Assembly: GCA_016188475.1 (NCBI GenBank)
Contig: JACPHT010000006.1
Location: 2,330 to 66,329 of the forward strand
DNA length: 64,000 nucleotides
DNA from: Candidatus Uhrbacteria bacterium
Lineage (GTDB): Bacteria; Patescibacteriota; Patescibacteriia; UBA9934; GWF2-40-263
Reading direction: 5' to 3'
The translations under genes were made by a program, and so were the position numbers. Below, in pieces: positions 19,588 to 31,400 of the stretch. Each line of letters starts with the position of its first letter. The first letter of the stretch is position 1. The notes under the pieces were generated by a model. The model ran no database searches, was not told where the DNA came from, and was given only the letters and a program-made list of their open reading frames with translations.

Positions 19588-20793
19588 ATGAATCATTCAA
19601 ATACTATTAAAGCATGGTTTTCTAATTTTGCGGCCGGATTGATCGGAGCCACAGTTATTTTATTATTCATTATTTCCGGTGGACTTAATGTTCTTAAAGA
19701 TCAAGGTTGGATTAAACCAACAAAACAAATCGAGCAAGCTGTAAACGTCGTTGCGATGGATGTAAGCGACGTTGTTGAGCGAATAAATCCTGCTGTTGTT
19801 TCGATAGTTGCAACAAAAGACGTTCCTGTTCTTGAACAGTACTTTGAAGACCCATTTTCAGATATGTTTGGTGGAAATTCTCCGTTCACTTTTCGCATTC
19901 CGAAATATCGCCAGAACGGAACACAAGAAAAAGAAGTCGGTGGCGGGTCTGGATTTTTTATTTCATCAGACGGATATATCGCAACAAACGCGCATGTCGT
20001 GAGCGATGAACAAGCGCAGTACACTGTTTTTACAAACGACGAAACAAAATATGAAGCAAAGGTTGTTGCCATTGATGATGTTTTAGATATTGCGCTTCTC
20101 AAAATTGATGCTAAAGACGTTGCGTTTCTCGAGTTTGGTGATTCGGACAAATTGCGTTTAGGACAAGCCGTTATCGCAATTGGCAACGCGCTTGGAGAGT
20201 TCAGAAACACAGTCTCAACCGGAGTTGTTTCTGGTTTGGCTCGTTCGATCGTGGCTGGAGGCAATACTGGAACGGCTGAAACGCTTGAAAACGTAATTCA
20301 AACTGACGCGGCTATCAATCCGGGAAATTCCGGAGGGCCTCTTCTTGATCTTTCAGGGAAAGTCGTTGGTGTGAACGTGGCTGTTGCGAGCAATTCTGAA
20401 AACATTGGTTTTGCTTTGCCTGCAAACGCTGTGAAAGAATCTGTCACATCAATGAAAGAGAATGGAAAAGTCATTCGACCATATTTAGGTGTTAGGTATA
20501 TGTTGATAAATGATGTGATTCAAAAACGTAACAATTTAAGCGTTGATTATGGCGCGCTTGTCGTTCGCGGAGAGCAAAAAACAGATGTCGCAGTTATTCC
20601 TGGATCTCCGGCTGACAAAGCAGGACTTGAGGAATACGACATAATTTTGGAAGTTGACGGAGTAAAAGTGGATGCCAAACACTCACTCCCATCGCTCATT
20701 CGAAAGAAAAAAGTTGGAGACACAATCAAACTGAAGATTTTACATGATGGGGAAGAGAAGAGTATTGACGTAAAACTTGAGCAAACGCCATAG
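19588..20793 (+). CDS. htrA: HtrA/DegP-family serine protease with PDZ domain
   Basis: TNAHVV, DIALLK, QTDAAINPGNSGGPL; C-terminal PDZ. Confidence 0.95.
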   Translation: MNHSNTIKAWFSNFAAGLIGATVILLFIISGGLNVLKDQGWIKPTKQIEQAVNVVAMDVSDVVERINPAVVSIVATKDVPVLEQYFEDPFSDMFGGNSPFTFRIPKYRQNGTQEKEVGGGSGFFISSDGYIATNAHVVSDEQAQYTVFTNDETKYEAKVVAIDDVLDIALLKIDAKDVAFLEFGDSDKLRLGQAVIAIGNALGEFRNTVSTGVVSGLARSIVAGGNTGTAETLENVIQTDAAINPGNSGGPLLDLSGKVVGVNVAVASNSENIGFALPANAVKESVTSMKENGKVIRPYLGVRYMLINDVIQKRNNLSVDYGALVVRGEQKTDVAVIPGSPADKAGLEEYDIILEVDGVKVDAKHSLPSLIRKKKVGDTIKLKILHDGEEKSIDVKLEQTP

Positions 20794-20859
20794 GTTGAAA
20801 ACAGTCATCAAATGATGACTGTTTTTTCTAGGTATGTTATTATATGTCTAGAAAGATAT

Positions 20860-21249
20860 ATGGCAAAGAAAAAGAATAATGCGAGCAGGATCTTAATTGT
20901 TGAAGATGACGCGCTGTTGTTAAGTGTGCTCTCCAACACATTTAAGAAAGCTGGTTTTGAAATTGCGACAGTTGAAAATGGCCTTGAAGTCGAAGAAGCT
21001 GTAAAAAAAATCTCGCCGAATTTGATTTTACTTGATTTGATTATTCCTGGAATAGACGGATTTGAAGTTTTGAAACGACTAAAAGCCAGCGACACATCAA
21101 AAGAAATTCCTGTTATTATACTTTCTAATCTTGAAGATGTCGGAGACGTGAAATCAGGGCGGGCTCTCGGCGCTGATGAATATTTTATCAAGGCAAATAT
21201 CGAAGTTGAGAAAATTGTCGATTATGTAAAAAAGAAAATTGAAGTATAA
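20860..21249 (+). CDS. Single-domain response regulator (receiver)
   Basis: ILIVEDD, LILLDLIIP..DG, IPVIILSN, GADEYFIK. Confidence 0.93.
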   Translation: MAKKKNNASRILIVEDDALLLSVLSNTFKKAGFEIATVENGLEVEEAVKKISPNLILLDLIIPGIDGFEVLKRLKASDTSKEIPVIILSNLEDVGDVKSGRALGADEYFIKANIEVEKIVDYVKKKIEV

Positions 21250-21250
21250 T

Positions 21251-21634
21251 ATGCCAGCAAACAAGAACAAGATGATTCTTATAGTTGAAGACGATGAAAT
21301 AATGCTTCGCGCGATGTACCTTTCATTTCATAGAGAAAATATTTCAATCTCAACAGCGACAGACGGCGAACAAGCTTTGAAAATGACAGAAAGGCTTAAA
21401 CCTGATTTGGTTCTTTTGGATTTGATAATGCCAAAAATGGACGGATTTGAATACCTGAAAAACATGAAAGCTAATTCTGCAATATCAAAAATCCCAGTTG
21501 TTGTTCTCTCAAATCTTGGAGACAACGACAGTATTGAAAAAGCAAAAGAGTTAGGAGCCGAAGATTACTTTGTAAAATCAGATACGAATTTGTCTGATCT
21601 TGTGGCAAAAACTCGAAAATTACTTAACAATTAA
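21251..21634 (+). CDS. Single-domain response regulator (receiver)
   Basis: ILIVEDD, LVLLDLIMPKMDG, IPVVVLSN, GAEDYFVK. Confidence 0.93.
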   Translation: MPANKNKMILIVEDDEIMLRAMYLSFHRENISISTATDGEQALKMTERLKPDLVLLDLIMPKMDGFEYLKNMKANSAISKIPVVVLSNLGDNDSIEKAKELGAEDYFVKSDTNLSDLVAKTRKLLNN

Positions 21635-21645
21635 TTTTTTCAAAT

Positions 21646-22473
21646 GTGAAATATGCTTGGCTCAACCTTATACTGCAACTGACGAATCGGATTTATCAAA
21701 GGAAGCAAAAGGTGGTTGAACAAGAAGGCTTTTTGGCGGTAACAAATGTCTTCTCGCTGATACTTTTAGAAACAATTTTGGCAATAGTATCACTGCCATT
21801 GTATTTGAATTTAAGACCGGAAAAAGTTGCTGCTTTTCTTGAGGAAAAAGGCGGATATGAGAAAATTACTTTTGATTATAATCTTCGTCGCATTTTGACT
21901 TTAACAGGTGTCGGCATCATTTTGTTTATCTGGATTATAAAATTACTGCTCATAATTCTTGTTCCGGTTGTTTTCGGTCCGTTGAAGCTGTATAGCATTT
22001 CAGATCTTCGACCACCTGACTTGATGGCAGTCAACACTGATTTAATCAAAGCCGAAACAGATATTCAAACCGCAAGGACAACTTCAAGTTTGACTGTTCC
22101 TGAATTAAAGGAAGTTAAAAAGAGCCAAGGCAAAAATTTCATTTTTTACGGAGTCGGTCAGCCAAATTCAACAGTCGTTCTTTTGTTGTCGGATCTGCAA
22201 ACAGCAGTGTACACAGGCGAAGTTGGGAGTGACGGCTTTTGGAAAATAGATCACAGCCAAAAGGATTTCAAATTGAATGAGGGTAATCATTCTGTCTTAG
22301 CGTTTACTTTTGATGAAAGCTCAAAAACCAGAAGTCAGTTTTCTAACGAACAATATTTTAAGGTCAGAACATCTTTTCTTGATATTGTAATAAGAGAAGT
22401 TGATGTTTTGGCCAACTGGTCTGTTGTTGTAATTCTGTTTGTTGGAATGTTTTTGGTCTTTTTGACAGTTTAA
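21646..22473 (+). CDS. Membrane protein with one Ig-like domain; miniature paralog of the downstream giant protein
   Basis: N-terminal TMs, G.GQPNSTV..G.W..HSQ..L.EG.H domain, C-terminal TM. Confidence 0.75.
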   Translation: MKYAWLNLILQLTNRIYQRKQKVVEQEGFLAVTNVFSLILLETILAIVSLPLYLNLRPEKVAAFLEEKGGYEKITFDYNLRRILTLTGVGIILFIWIIKLLLIILVPVVFGPLKLYSISDLRPPDLMAVNTDLIKAETDIQTARTTSSLTVPELKEVKKSQGKNFIFYGVGQPNSTVVLLLSDLQTAVYTGEVGSDGFWKIDHSQKDFKLNEGNHSVLAFTFDESSKTRSQFSNEQYFKVRTSFLDIVIREVDVLANWSVVVILFVGMFLVFLTV

Positions 22474-22477
22474 AAAT

Positions 22478-25400
22478 ATGATTGAACGTTTTTCAATTAT
22501 TTTTCTCAGATTTTCAGGAATTATTTTTAATCTCAAAGGCCGATTGATTCAAGCTGAAGGCTGGCATAGAGCTCTTCCGATTGCCGTTGAGTTGATCGTC
22601 GTCGAAATGATTTTTACCGTTGTATCTTTGCCATTATTTTTTATTGTTTCACCAAAGAAAATACAGGAATCCGGTTTCATTTTTCCGTCAAAAGAAAAAG
22701 AGCATTTTCATAATTTTTCTGTAAGAAGAAAAATTACGCTAACAACAACTTTTGGCGCGGCCTTGATCTACGCGATTAAGATTATTTTTGTTGGCATCGT
22801 GTCTTTATATTTATTCGGCGCGACCCCGCTTCTTGCCGCAATTCAAAACTGGGATTTTAGCACAGCAGGCGATTACACTTATGATTCATCAAAAATTGAA
22901 GTGACAGGTGGAGTGGCACAACTTAAAAATTTAGGCTCAACAACCAGCGGGGCAACAACAAATCCTTCGTTTGATTCTAATTCAACAGGTTGGACATATG
23001 CTGATTGGGATCAAGGTGGTGGCGAAGTAGATGTTAAGGGAGATCGTCAGACCACAGGAGGAAATCCTAACGGATGGTTAAGAATCAATGTTCCTTCAGG
23101 ATCTGATGATGAATTGGGGGGATATTGGCGTCAATCTTTTATAACGACTGTTGCTGATCCGACAACGACAGTGAGTTTTGATTGGAAAGTTACGGCGTTT
23201 GATTCGTCTCCAGGGCCAATTACGTTCAAACTTTTTGCGTTTGTTGATACTGGTTCAGGTGTTCCTGTTATAGGAAATGAGGTTTGGACGTCTGGTGAAA
23301 TAACCGGAACAAGCGGGTGGGCTTCTGTGAGCAATCTCGATGTGTCGTCAAAGGTTACAGCCGCTGGAACGTACTATCTGAAGATTGCCACTTGGGTTGA
23401 AACTCCAGGGTCTGCTACTGGTCCGTTTACTTTGGGTTATGACAATGTTCAATTGAATTGGACAAAAACAACAGTAAGTTACGATACAAGCAATCCAACA
23501 ATCACTCCGAACAGTTCTCTTACGATGTCAAAAACAATAAGTTGGAACGGGTTTACTGAAACTGCGACAAAAAATGGAGGGGAAATTTATTATCAACTTT
23601 CTGATGACGATGGTTCTACTTGGAAATATTGGAATGGCTCTATTTGGACAACAGCAGGCGCTACCAACTACAACATTGCAACAGAAGTTAATACAAACAT
23701 CGGCACATTCCCTACAACCAACAACAAAATAAAGTGGAAAGCATTTTTATCAAGCAGTGGAACTCAACAAGTGATTTTAGATAATATCGCGATCGATTAC
23801 ACTGAAAACAGTTTGCCAGTAATTAACAACTTGTCTGCAAGTCAAGGAACAAGCACGGGCCGCGTTTATATCACTTATGATTTGCAGGACAACGATAGCG
23901 ATCCGGAAAGTTTAACAGCATATGAATACTCTTTGACAGGCGCTTTTTCTGGAGAGCAAGTTACAATGACAGCCGCAACAGGAGATGGGTTGCATAGCGG
24001 TGTGACTGGTCTGACATCGTCTCCAGTTGGAATTTCACACACTTTTGTTTGGGACGCATTTTCACAACTCGGAGCAGTTTATAATACAACTGTTTATGTT
24101 CGTTTGCGTGCAAATGACGGGGTTGGAAACGGAGCTTACGCAACTTCAACTGCGTTTACGGTCGATTATGTAAATCCTGTTGTGTCAAACGTTGTTGCGT
24201 TGCAGACTGCTGGTTCAACAAATGTTCAGATCACTTATGATTTAACTGACAATACATCAGACAATCTGCTTGTTGAAATTTATATTTCAGATGATGGCGG
24301 CGCAACTTGGGCTGTAACAGACACGTCTGTTTCAGGAAGTGTTGGGTCAAGTCAAACAACTGGAGTTGGGAAAACAATCACATGGAATGCCGGAGTTGAT
24401 TTTGATGAACAAAATCAAGCTGACATTCAAGTTAGAGTTCGCGCGAAAGACAAGTGGCAAAATCAGGGGAACAATGTAGCCTCAGCAAATTTTTCGCTTG
24501 ATACTTTGAATCCAGTTGTTCTCACAACTTCCAATCTCCAATCTCAACCAAACGCAGGAGACACAACTGTTTTGATTGGAGGGTCGTTTACTGAAACAAA
24601 TCCAAACACCAATGATTTTTATGTTGCAATAAACGGCGGAGCTTATGGTTTGGCAACTTCAGGAACTACAAACACATCTTCACCTTCAAACCAAGCAACT
24701 TCTGTCGGCTCAACACTTGACGGAAACGATTACATTTCAAAAGTTAAAATCACTCACACTGATGATTATGGTCAAACAGTTGATAATGAAAACTTTGTCA
24801 TCGCCTGTAACAACTGTTTTGGATTTGACAATAAATCCAAATGTGAGTGAAGCATCGGACGTTGAATATGCTATTGCATAAACATCGACCAATCAGTTTG
24901 TTCAAGCAAACGGAACGCTTGGAGCAAGCGCTGTTTGGGAAGTTATTGGAACATCAAGCGGACAATGGGGAAACAACACTGGAATATCTGGAAAAGTTCA
25001 TGTGAGCGGACTTACTTCTCCTGTTGCAAATTATATTTTCAAAGTTAAATCGAGAAATCCGAGCGACGCGGCGCACGCTGTTTCATCTGAATCTGCATAT
25101 TCCGCAACAGCACAAATTACAAATACTGCTCCGTCAATTTCACTTGGCTCAATTGCGCAAACTACCGATGGCACTGATTATGTAACAATAAATTATACTG
25201 GAACTGATGGGCAAGGTGACGTAAATAGTTTGACCGTTTTTGAATATTCTATAGACAACTCAACGTGGAGCACAATGACAGAAAAAACAGGAGTCGGATC
25301 GGACGGAACTTCGAATTTGGTGTTCTTGCCAAGCGGAAGCGCGCATGACTTCATGTGGGATGTCGGGACAGATCTGCCTAGTGTTGAAGATTCTACAGTG

Positions 25401-28400
25401 TATATTCGACTTCGTTCTTCAGACACATTAACGACGAGCACTTTGGTAACTTCATCGGCTTTTGAGATAGACACTGTTTTGCCTGTTGTTTCAAGTGTTT
25501 CAGCTTCACAAAATTTAGGCGCCCGCACTGTTGTATTCACATACACGCTCACTGACGCGAACAGCTCTTTGGTTGAATTGGATATATCAGAAGACGGAGG
25601 TTCAACTTGGAACGTAACAGACACATCAGTATCAGGTCATGTTGGTTCAGGAGTGACGCCTGGAAGCAAAACAATAACGTGGAATGCTGGAGCTGATTTT
25701 GATAATCAATACCAAACAGACTTGCAGGTTCGAATACGCGCGAAAGATACTTTTGGAAATCAAGGCACGAACACGTCATCATCAAATTTTACAGTTGATA
25801 CAAACGACCCTTCTGTTACAAATGTTAGTGCTGTTCAAGACAGCATGCTCGATACGTTTACATTTCATTACGACGTGAGTGAAGATGTTGGAAACGTCGC
25901 AATCGGACTTGAAATTTCAAGCAACGGAGGAACAACTTGGACAATACCAACAACAACAGTTACGGGTGATACTGGATCTGGAATTGCTCCTGGAGCAAAC
26001 AAAACAATAACTTGGAATGCGGCTGTGGATTACAACAGTCAGGAAAAAACAAACATGAAAATTCGCGTGACAGCAACGGATGGATTTAGCAATACTTCAA
26101 ACGCGAGCTCTGCAAATTTTTCACTTGACACACTTGCACCTCGTGTAACAAATGTCGGAGCATCGCAAACTCTCGGAACAACAAACATTTCAATCACATA
26201 CACTCTTGCTGATCAAAATGTGTCGCTCGTTGAAATTGATATTTCAGATGATGGCGGAGCGACTTGGGCAGTGACAGATACAAGCGTTACTGGAGATGTT
26301 GGAACTGGAGTTTCTTCAGGGAGCAAAACAATCACATGGAATGCCGGAGTTGATTTTGATGAACAAAATCAAGCTGACATTCAAGTTAGAGTTCGCGCGA
26401 AAGATGTCTATGAGCATCAAAGCGCAAATGTTGCTTCTTCAAATTTTTCGCTTGATACTTTGAATCCAGTTGTTCTTACAACTTCCAATCTCCAATCTCA
26501 ACCAAACGCCGGAGACACAACTGTTTTGATTGGAGGTTCGTTCACTGAAACAAATCCAAACACTAATGATTTTTATGTTGCGATAAACGGAGGAGCTTAT
26601 GGTTCGGCAACTTCAGGAACTACAAACACATCTTCACCTTCAAACCAAGCAACTTCTGTCGGCTCAACACTTGACGGAAACGATTACATTTCAAAAGTTA
26701 AAATCACTCACACTGATGATTATGGTCAAACAGTTGATAATGAAAAATGTGACAGTTAATAAAAACGCGGTTGAAACAGATGGTTTGGAATATGCGATTT
26801 TTGAAACAAGTCAGAATCAATATGTTCAGACAAACGGAACGCTTGGCGCGAGTGCGATTTGGCGAACAACAGCGCAGTGGGGAACAGTGACGGTAAACGG
26901 CCTTGCGAATGATTCATATACTTATCAATTTAAAGTCAAATCTCGAAACACAAGCGATGGCTCTAACGCGGCATCAAGCGAAAGCGCGCTTTCAGGAGGC
27001 GCATCGTCTGCGAATCAATCTCCAGTGATCGTGCTTGGATCAATTGCTCAAACAACAGACGGTTCGAGATACGTCACTATAAACTATACTGGATCAGACT
27101 TGGAAAGCGAAAATACGACGATTATAACAGCCGAATACTCTACGAACGGTACGACATGGAACAACATGACGGAAAAGTCTGGAGTTGGAAGCGATGGAAA
27201 AACAGGCCTTGTTTTCGTATATACAGGAACAGCGCACGATTTCATGTGGGATGTAGGAACTGATCTTGCTAACGTTGAAGACTCGACTGTTTTTATTCGC
27301 TTGCAAGCAAATGATGGAACGTCTGACGGAGGAGTTGCAACATCAAGTGCGTTTACAATTGACGCAAAAAATCCAGTGATCTCATCAGTATCAGCTGAAC
27401 AACAAAATGGTTCAAACAATGTTGTGTTCAGTTATACACTTACTGATCTTTCAAATAGTCTTGTTGAAATTGATATTTCAGACGATGGGGGAGCTACATG
27501 GAATGTCACTGATACTTCAGTCACTGGCGATATCGGCGCAGGGGTTTCACCAGGAACAGGAAAAACAATAACATGGAATCCCGGAGTTGATTTTAGCGGA
27601 CAAGAACAGTCAGATTTGCGTGTGCGAGTTCGCGCAACAGATATTTTTGGAAATGCTGGCGCAAACGCGTCGTCAGCGAATTTTTCAGTTGATACAGAAT
27701 CGCCGCGTATCACAAATGTTACAGCTTCTCAAGATTCCGGATTGAATACTGTAACAATTGGATATGATATCGAGGACGCAAATGTTTCAAATGTTGTTAT
27801 AGAAATTTCCGAAGACAACGGATTAACATGGGGAGTCGCAACAACAACTCTTTCTGGAGATGTCGGAGCCGGTATTACATCTGGAATTGGCAAAATAGTT
27901 TCGTGGAATGCGGCCGTTGATTTCCCGAATCGTGAACAATCAGGAATGATGATTCGCGTGCGCGCGACTGATTCTCACAATAATTTAAGCGGCAATGTTT
28001 TTTCACCTTCATTTTCTGTTGACACTCTTGCGCCAGTTATTTCTAGTGTTTCCGCTTCGCAAACCTTGGGTTCTGACAATGTCGTCTTTACTTACAATTT
28101 ATCTGATAGCGGTTTTGTAAATATAGAGCTTGATATTTCACAAGACAGCGGCGCTACTTGGACAGTGACGGATACGTCTGTAATAGGTGCTATAGGATCA
28201 GGACAAACAACGGGAAATGGAAAAACAATCACATGGAATGCCGGAGTTGATTACCCAGATGAAGATCGTTCAACAATGCGAGTTCGAATTCGCGGAACCG
28301 ATGGATTCAGCAATATGAGCGTGAATGTTGAATCATCTGATTTTATAATTGACACATTTGATCCAACACCAAACGTCACTTCCAATCTCCAATCTCAACC

Positions 28401-31400
28401 AAACGCCGGAGACACAACTGTTTTGATTGGAGGGTCGTTCACTGAAACAAATCCAAACACTAATGATTTTTATGTTGCGATAAACGGAGGAGCTTATGGT
28501 TCGGCAACTTCAGGAACTACAAACACATCTTCACCTTCAAACCAAGCAACTTCTGTCGGCTCAACTCTTGACGGAAACGATTATATTTCAAAAGTTAAAA
28601 TCACTCACACTGATGATTACGGACACAGTGTTACAAATCAAAACACATCACCAAATACATCTTTGAAGTATGTGAAGCCTTACACTCCGCAAGCGCCAAC
28701 AGTTAATAATCCTCAAAATACATCAGTTGATGTTACGATCATTCCACATGCGTCTGAAACATCTGGTTTGGAATACGCAATTTTTGAAACAACAACTGGA
28801 AAATATGTGAAAGCCAACGGCACGCTTGACACAAGCCCTGTTTGGAGAACCACAACCGCATGGGGGACAATCACAGTGACAGGCCTATCTTCACCTGTTG
28901 CTCAATATAGTTTCAAAGTGAAATCAAGAAACACATCAGACACGCTTAACGCGGTTTCTAGCGAAAGTAATTTTTCTTCTTCAAACGCAATCGCAAATAC
29001 TTCTCCATCTATCTCGATTACAAGTGTTGCTCAACAAACGTCAACAAGTTACGCGCTGATTGAATACATTGGGACAGATACTCAAAACGACACAAATAAT
29101 TTAACGACTTTTGAATATTCAACCGACGGTTCATCATGGAATGTAATGACTGAAAAATCCGGAGTTGGAAGTGATGGAACTTCAGGGTTAATTTTCACTT
29201 CAAGCGGCGCGGCATTCACATTTGGATGGGATATTGCGGCAGACTTACCAAACACAGGCGACCAAACGGTTTACGTTCGTTTGCAATCAACCGATACGCT
29301 TGCAAACAGCAACATGGCTACTTCTTCGGCGTTTGCGGTAGACACGCTTGGTCCTGTTATTTCAAATATTCAAATAAGTCAGGCACCAGGTACAAACATA
29401 ATGACATTTACTTACGATCTTTCAGACAGCACAGCCGCGAATAATACGGTGACATTGCAAATTTCGTCTGACGCTGGTTTGACATGGACAGTTCCAACAA
29501 CTTCCGCAACAGGAGATGTAGGCTCTGGTGTTTCGTCCGGACTTGCTCGTTCAATAACATGGAACGCCGGAGTTGATTTTGACAATCAAGAAAATTCAAC
29601 AATGCAAATTAGATTGCAAGGAACGGATGTGTATGACAACAGTGGCGCAATTTCAACGTCTTCGAACTTTACTGTCGATACAAAATCTCCTGTTGTTTCA
29701 GGAGTATCAGCAGTTCAAGTCGATGATTCAAAAAATGTTCAAGTCAATTACACTTTGAGCGATCTATCTTCTGGTGGTTTGTTGGTTGAGTTCAGTATTT
29801 CATCAGATAACGGAACAACATGGACAGTTCCTGCTGTCACATACAGCGGAGATGTTGGATCAGGACAAACAACAGGCGCAAAACAATTTGTTTGGAATGC
29901 GGGAGCTGACTTTGATGATGAATATCAGGACGACATGAAAGTCCGCGTTCGCGCTCGAGATTATTTTGCAAATCAAGGCGTGTACACATCGTCATCGGTA
30001 TTTGAAGTTGATACAAGAGCCTCTGTTGTTTCTGATGTTTCTGCTGTTCAGAATACAGGAGCGCGCACAGTGAACATCGCTTACGATCTAACTGACGACA
30101 CTTCAAGCAATTTGAATGTTGAGTTTGAAGTTTCAGAAGATAATGGAATCAGCTGGACAATAGCGCACAGTTCATCAACAGGAAACGTTGGTTCAGGACA
30201 AACAACCGGAGCTGGAAAGATAATTGTTTGGGATGCCGGAACTGATTTTGACGGACAATTTCAAACTGACATGAAAGTTCGCGTTCGCGCAACTGATCGT
30301 TTTACAAATCAAGGGAGTTTTGTAGATTCGTCTGCGTTTACGCTCGATACTGCCAACCCAGTTGTATCAAATGTTTCAGGTTCTCAAATTTTAGGTTCAG
30401 AAACAGTATCGATTTCTTATAATCTTACAGATGGCACCTCAACCAATCTTTCAACAGTTCTTGAAATTTCTTCAGACAATGGAACGACTTGGACAGTTCC
30501 AACAACTTCTGCCTCTGGAAATATTGGATCAGGCCAGACAACGGGCGCTGGAAAAACAATAACATGGAATGCAGGAGTTGATTTTGATTCAAACGCAAAC
30601 TCAAACATGGAAGCTAGAATTCGCGCTAACGATTCATTTTCAAATCAGGGAAATTTTACAAGTTCATCAAACTTTTCTGTTGACACAAAAGATCCGGCAA
30701 CACTTGCATCATCAGATTTGCAAGCGCAACCTCATGCTGGGGATACTTCAGTTTTGATAGGCGGATCATTTATCGAGACAAGTCCTAACACGAATAATTT
30801 TTTCGTAGCGGTGAATGGAAACGGATATGGTTCGGCTTCAGCTGGAGATTCTGACACGACCTCGCCTTCAAATCATTTGACGCCTGTTGGAATCACGCTG
30901 AAAGGCAACAATCGCATTGGAAAAGTTAAGATCGTTCACGCTGATGATTATGGACATTCATTTACAAATGAGAATTTGTCTCCAGCGACTGCTTTCAAAT
31001 TTGTAAAGCCTTATACGCCGATGGCTCCGACTGTTTCAAATCCAACAACGAATTCTGTTGATGTTGTTGTAAACAAAAATGCGAATGAAGTTTCTGGTTT
31101 GGAATATGCGATTTATGAAACTACTCAAAATAAATATGTTCAAGCCAATGGAACGCTTGGCGCGAGCGCGGTTTGGCAAACCGGAGCTGTTTGGGGAACT
31201 GTTACAGTTACTGGTTTAAACTCTCCTGTTTCAAGTTACATGTTTAAGACAAAGTCGAGAAACAGTGCGGACGTCGCGCACGCCGCTACCAGCGAAAGTG
31301 ATTTGTCATCATCGGCATCTGTTTCTCAAACAGCACCATCAATCACGATTGATTCTGTTTCTCAATCTTCAGGTAACGGTTACGTCATAATAAATTATAC

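Noticed and set aside
26599-26745. Start of the 2636-aa ORF as a real N-terminus
   Set aside because: The first ~50 aa are an off-frame reading of the repeat (same text as ORF 24645); coding sense resumes only after the break.
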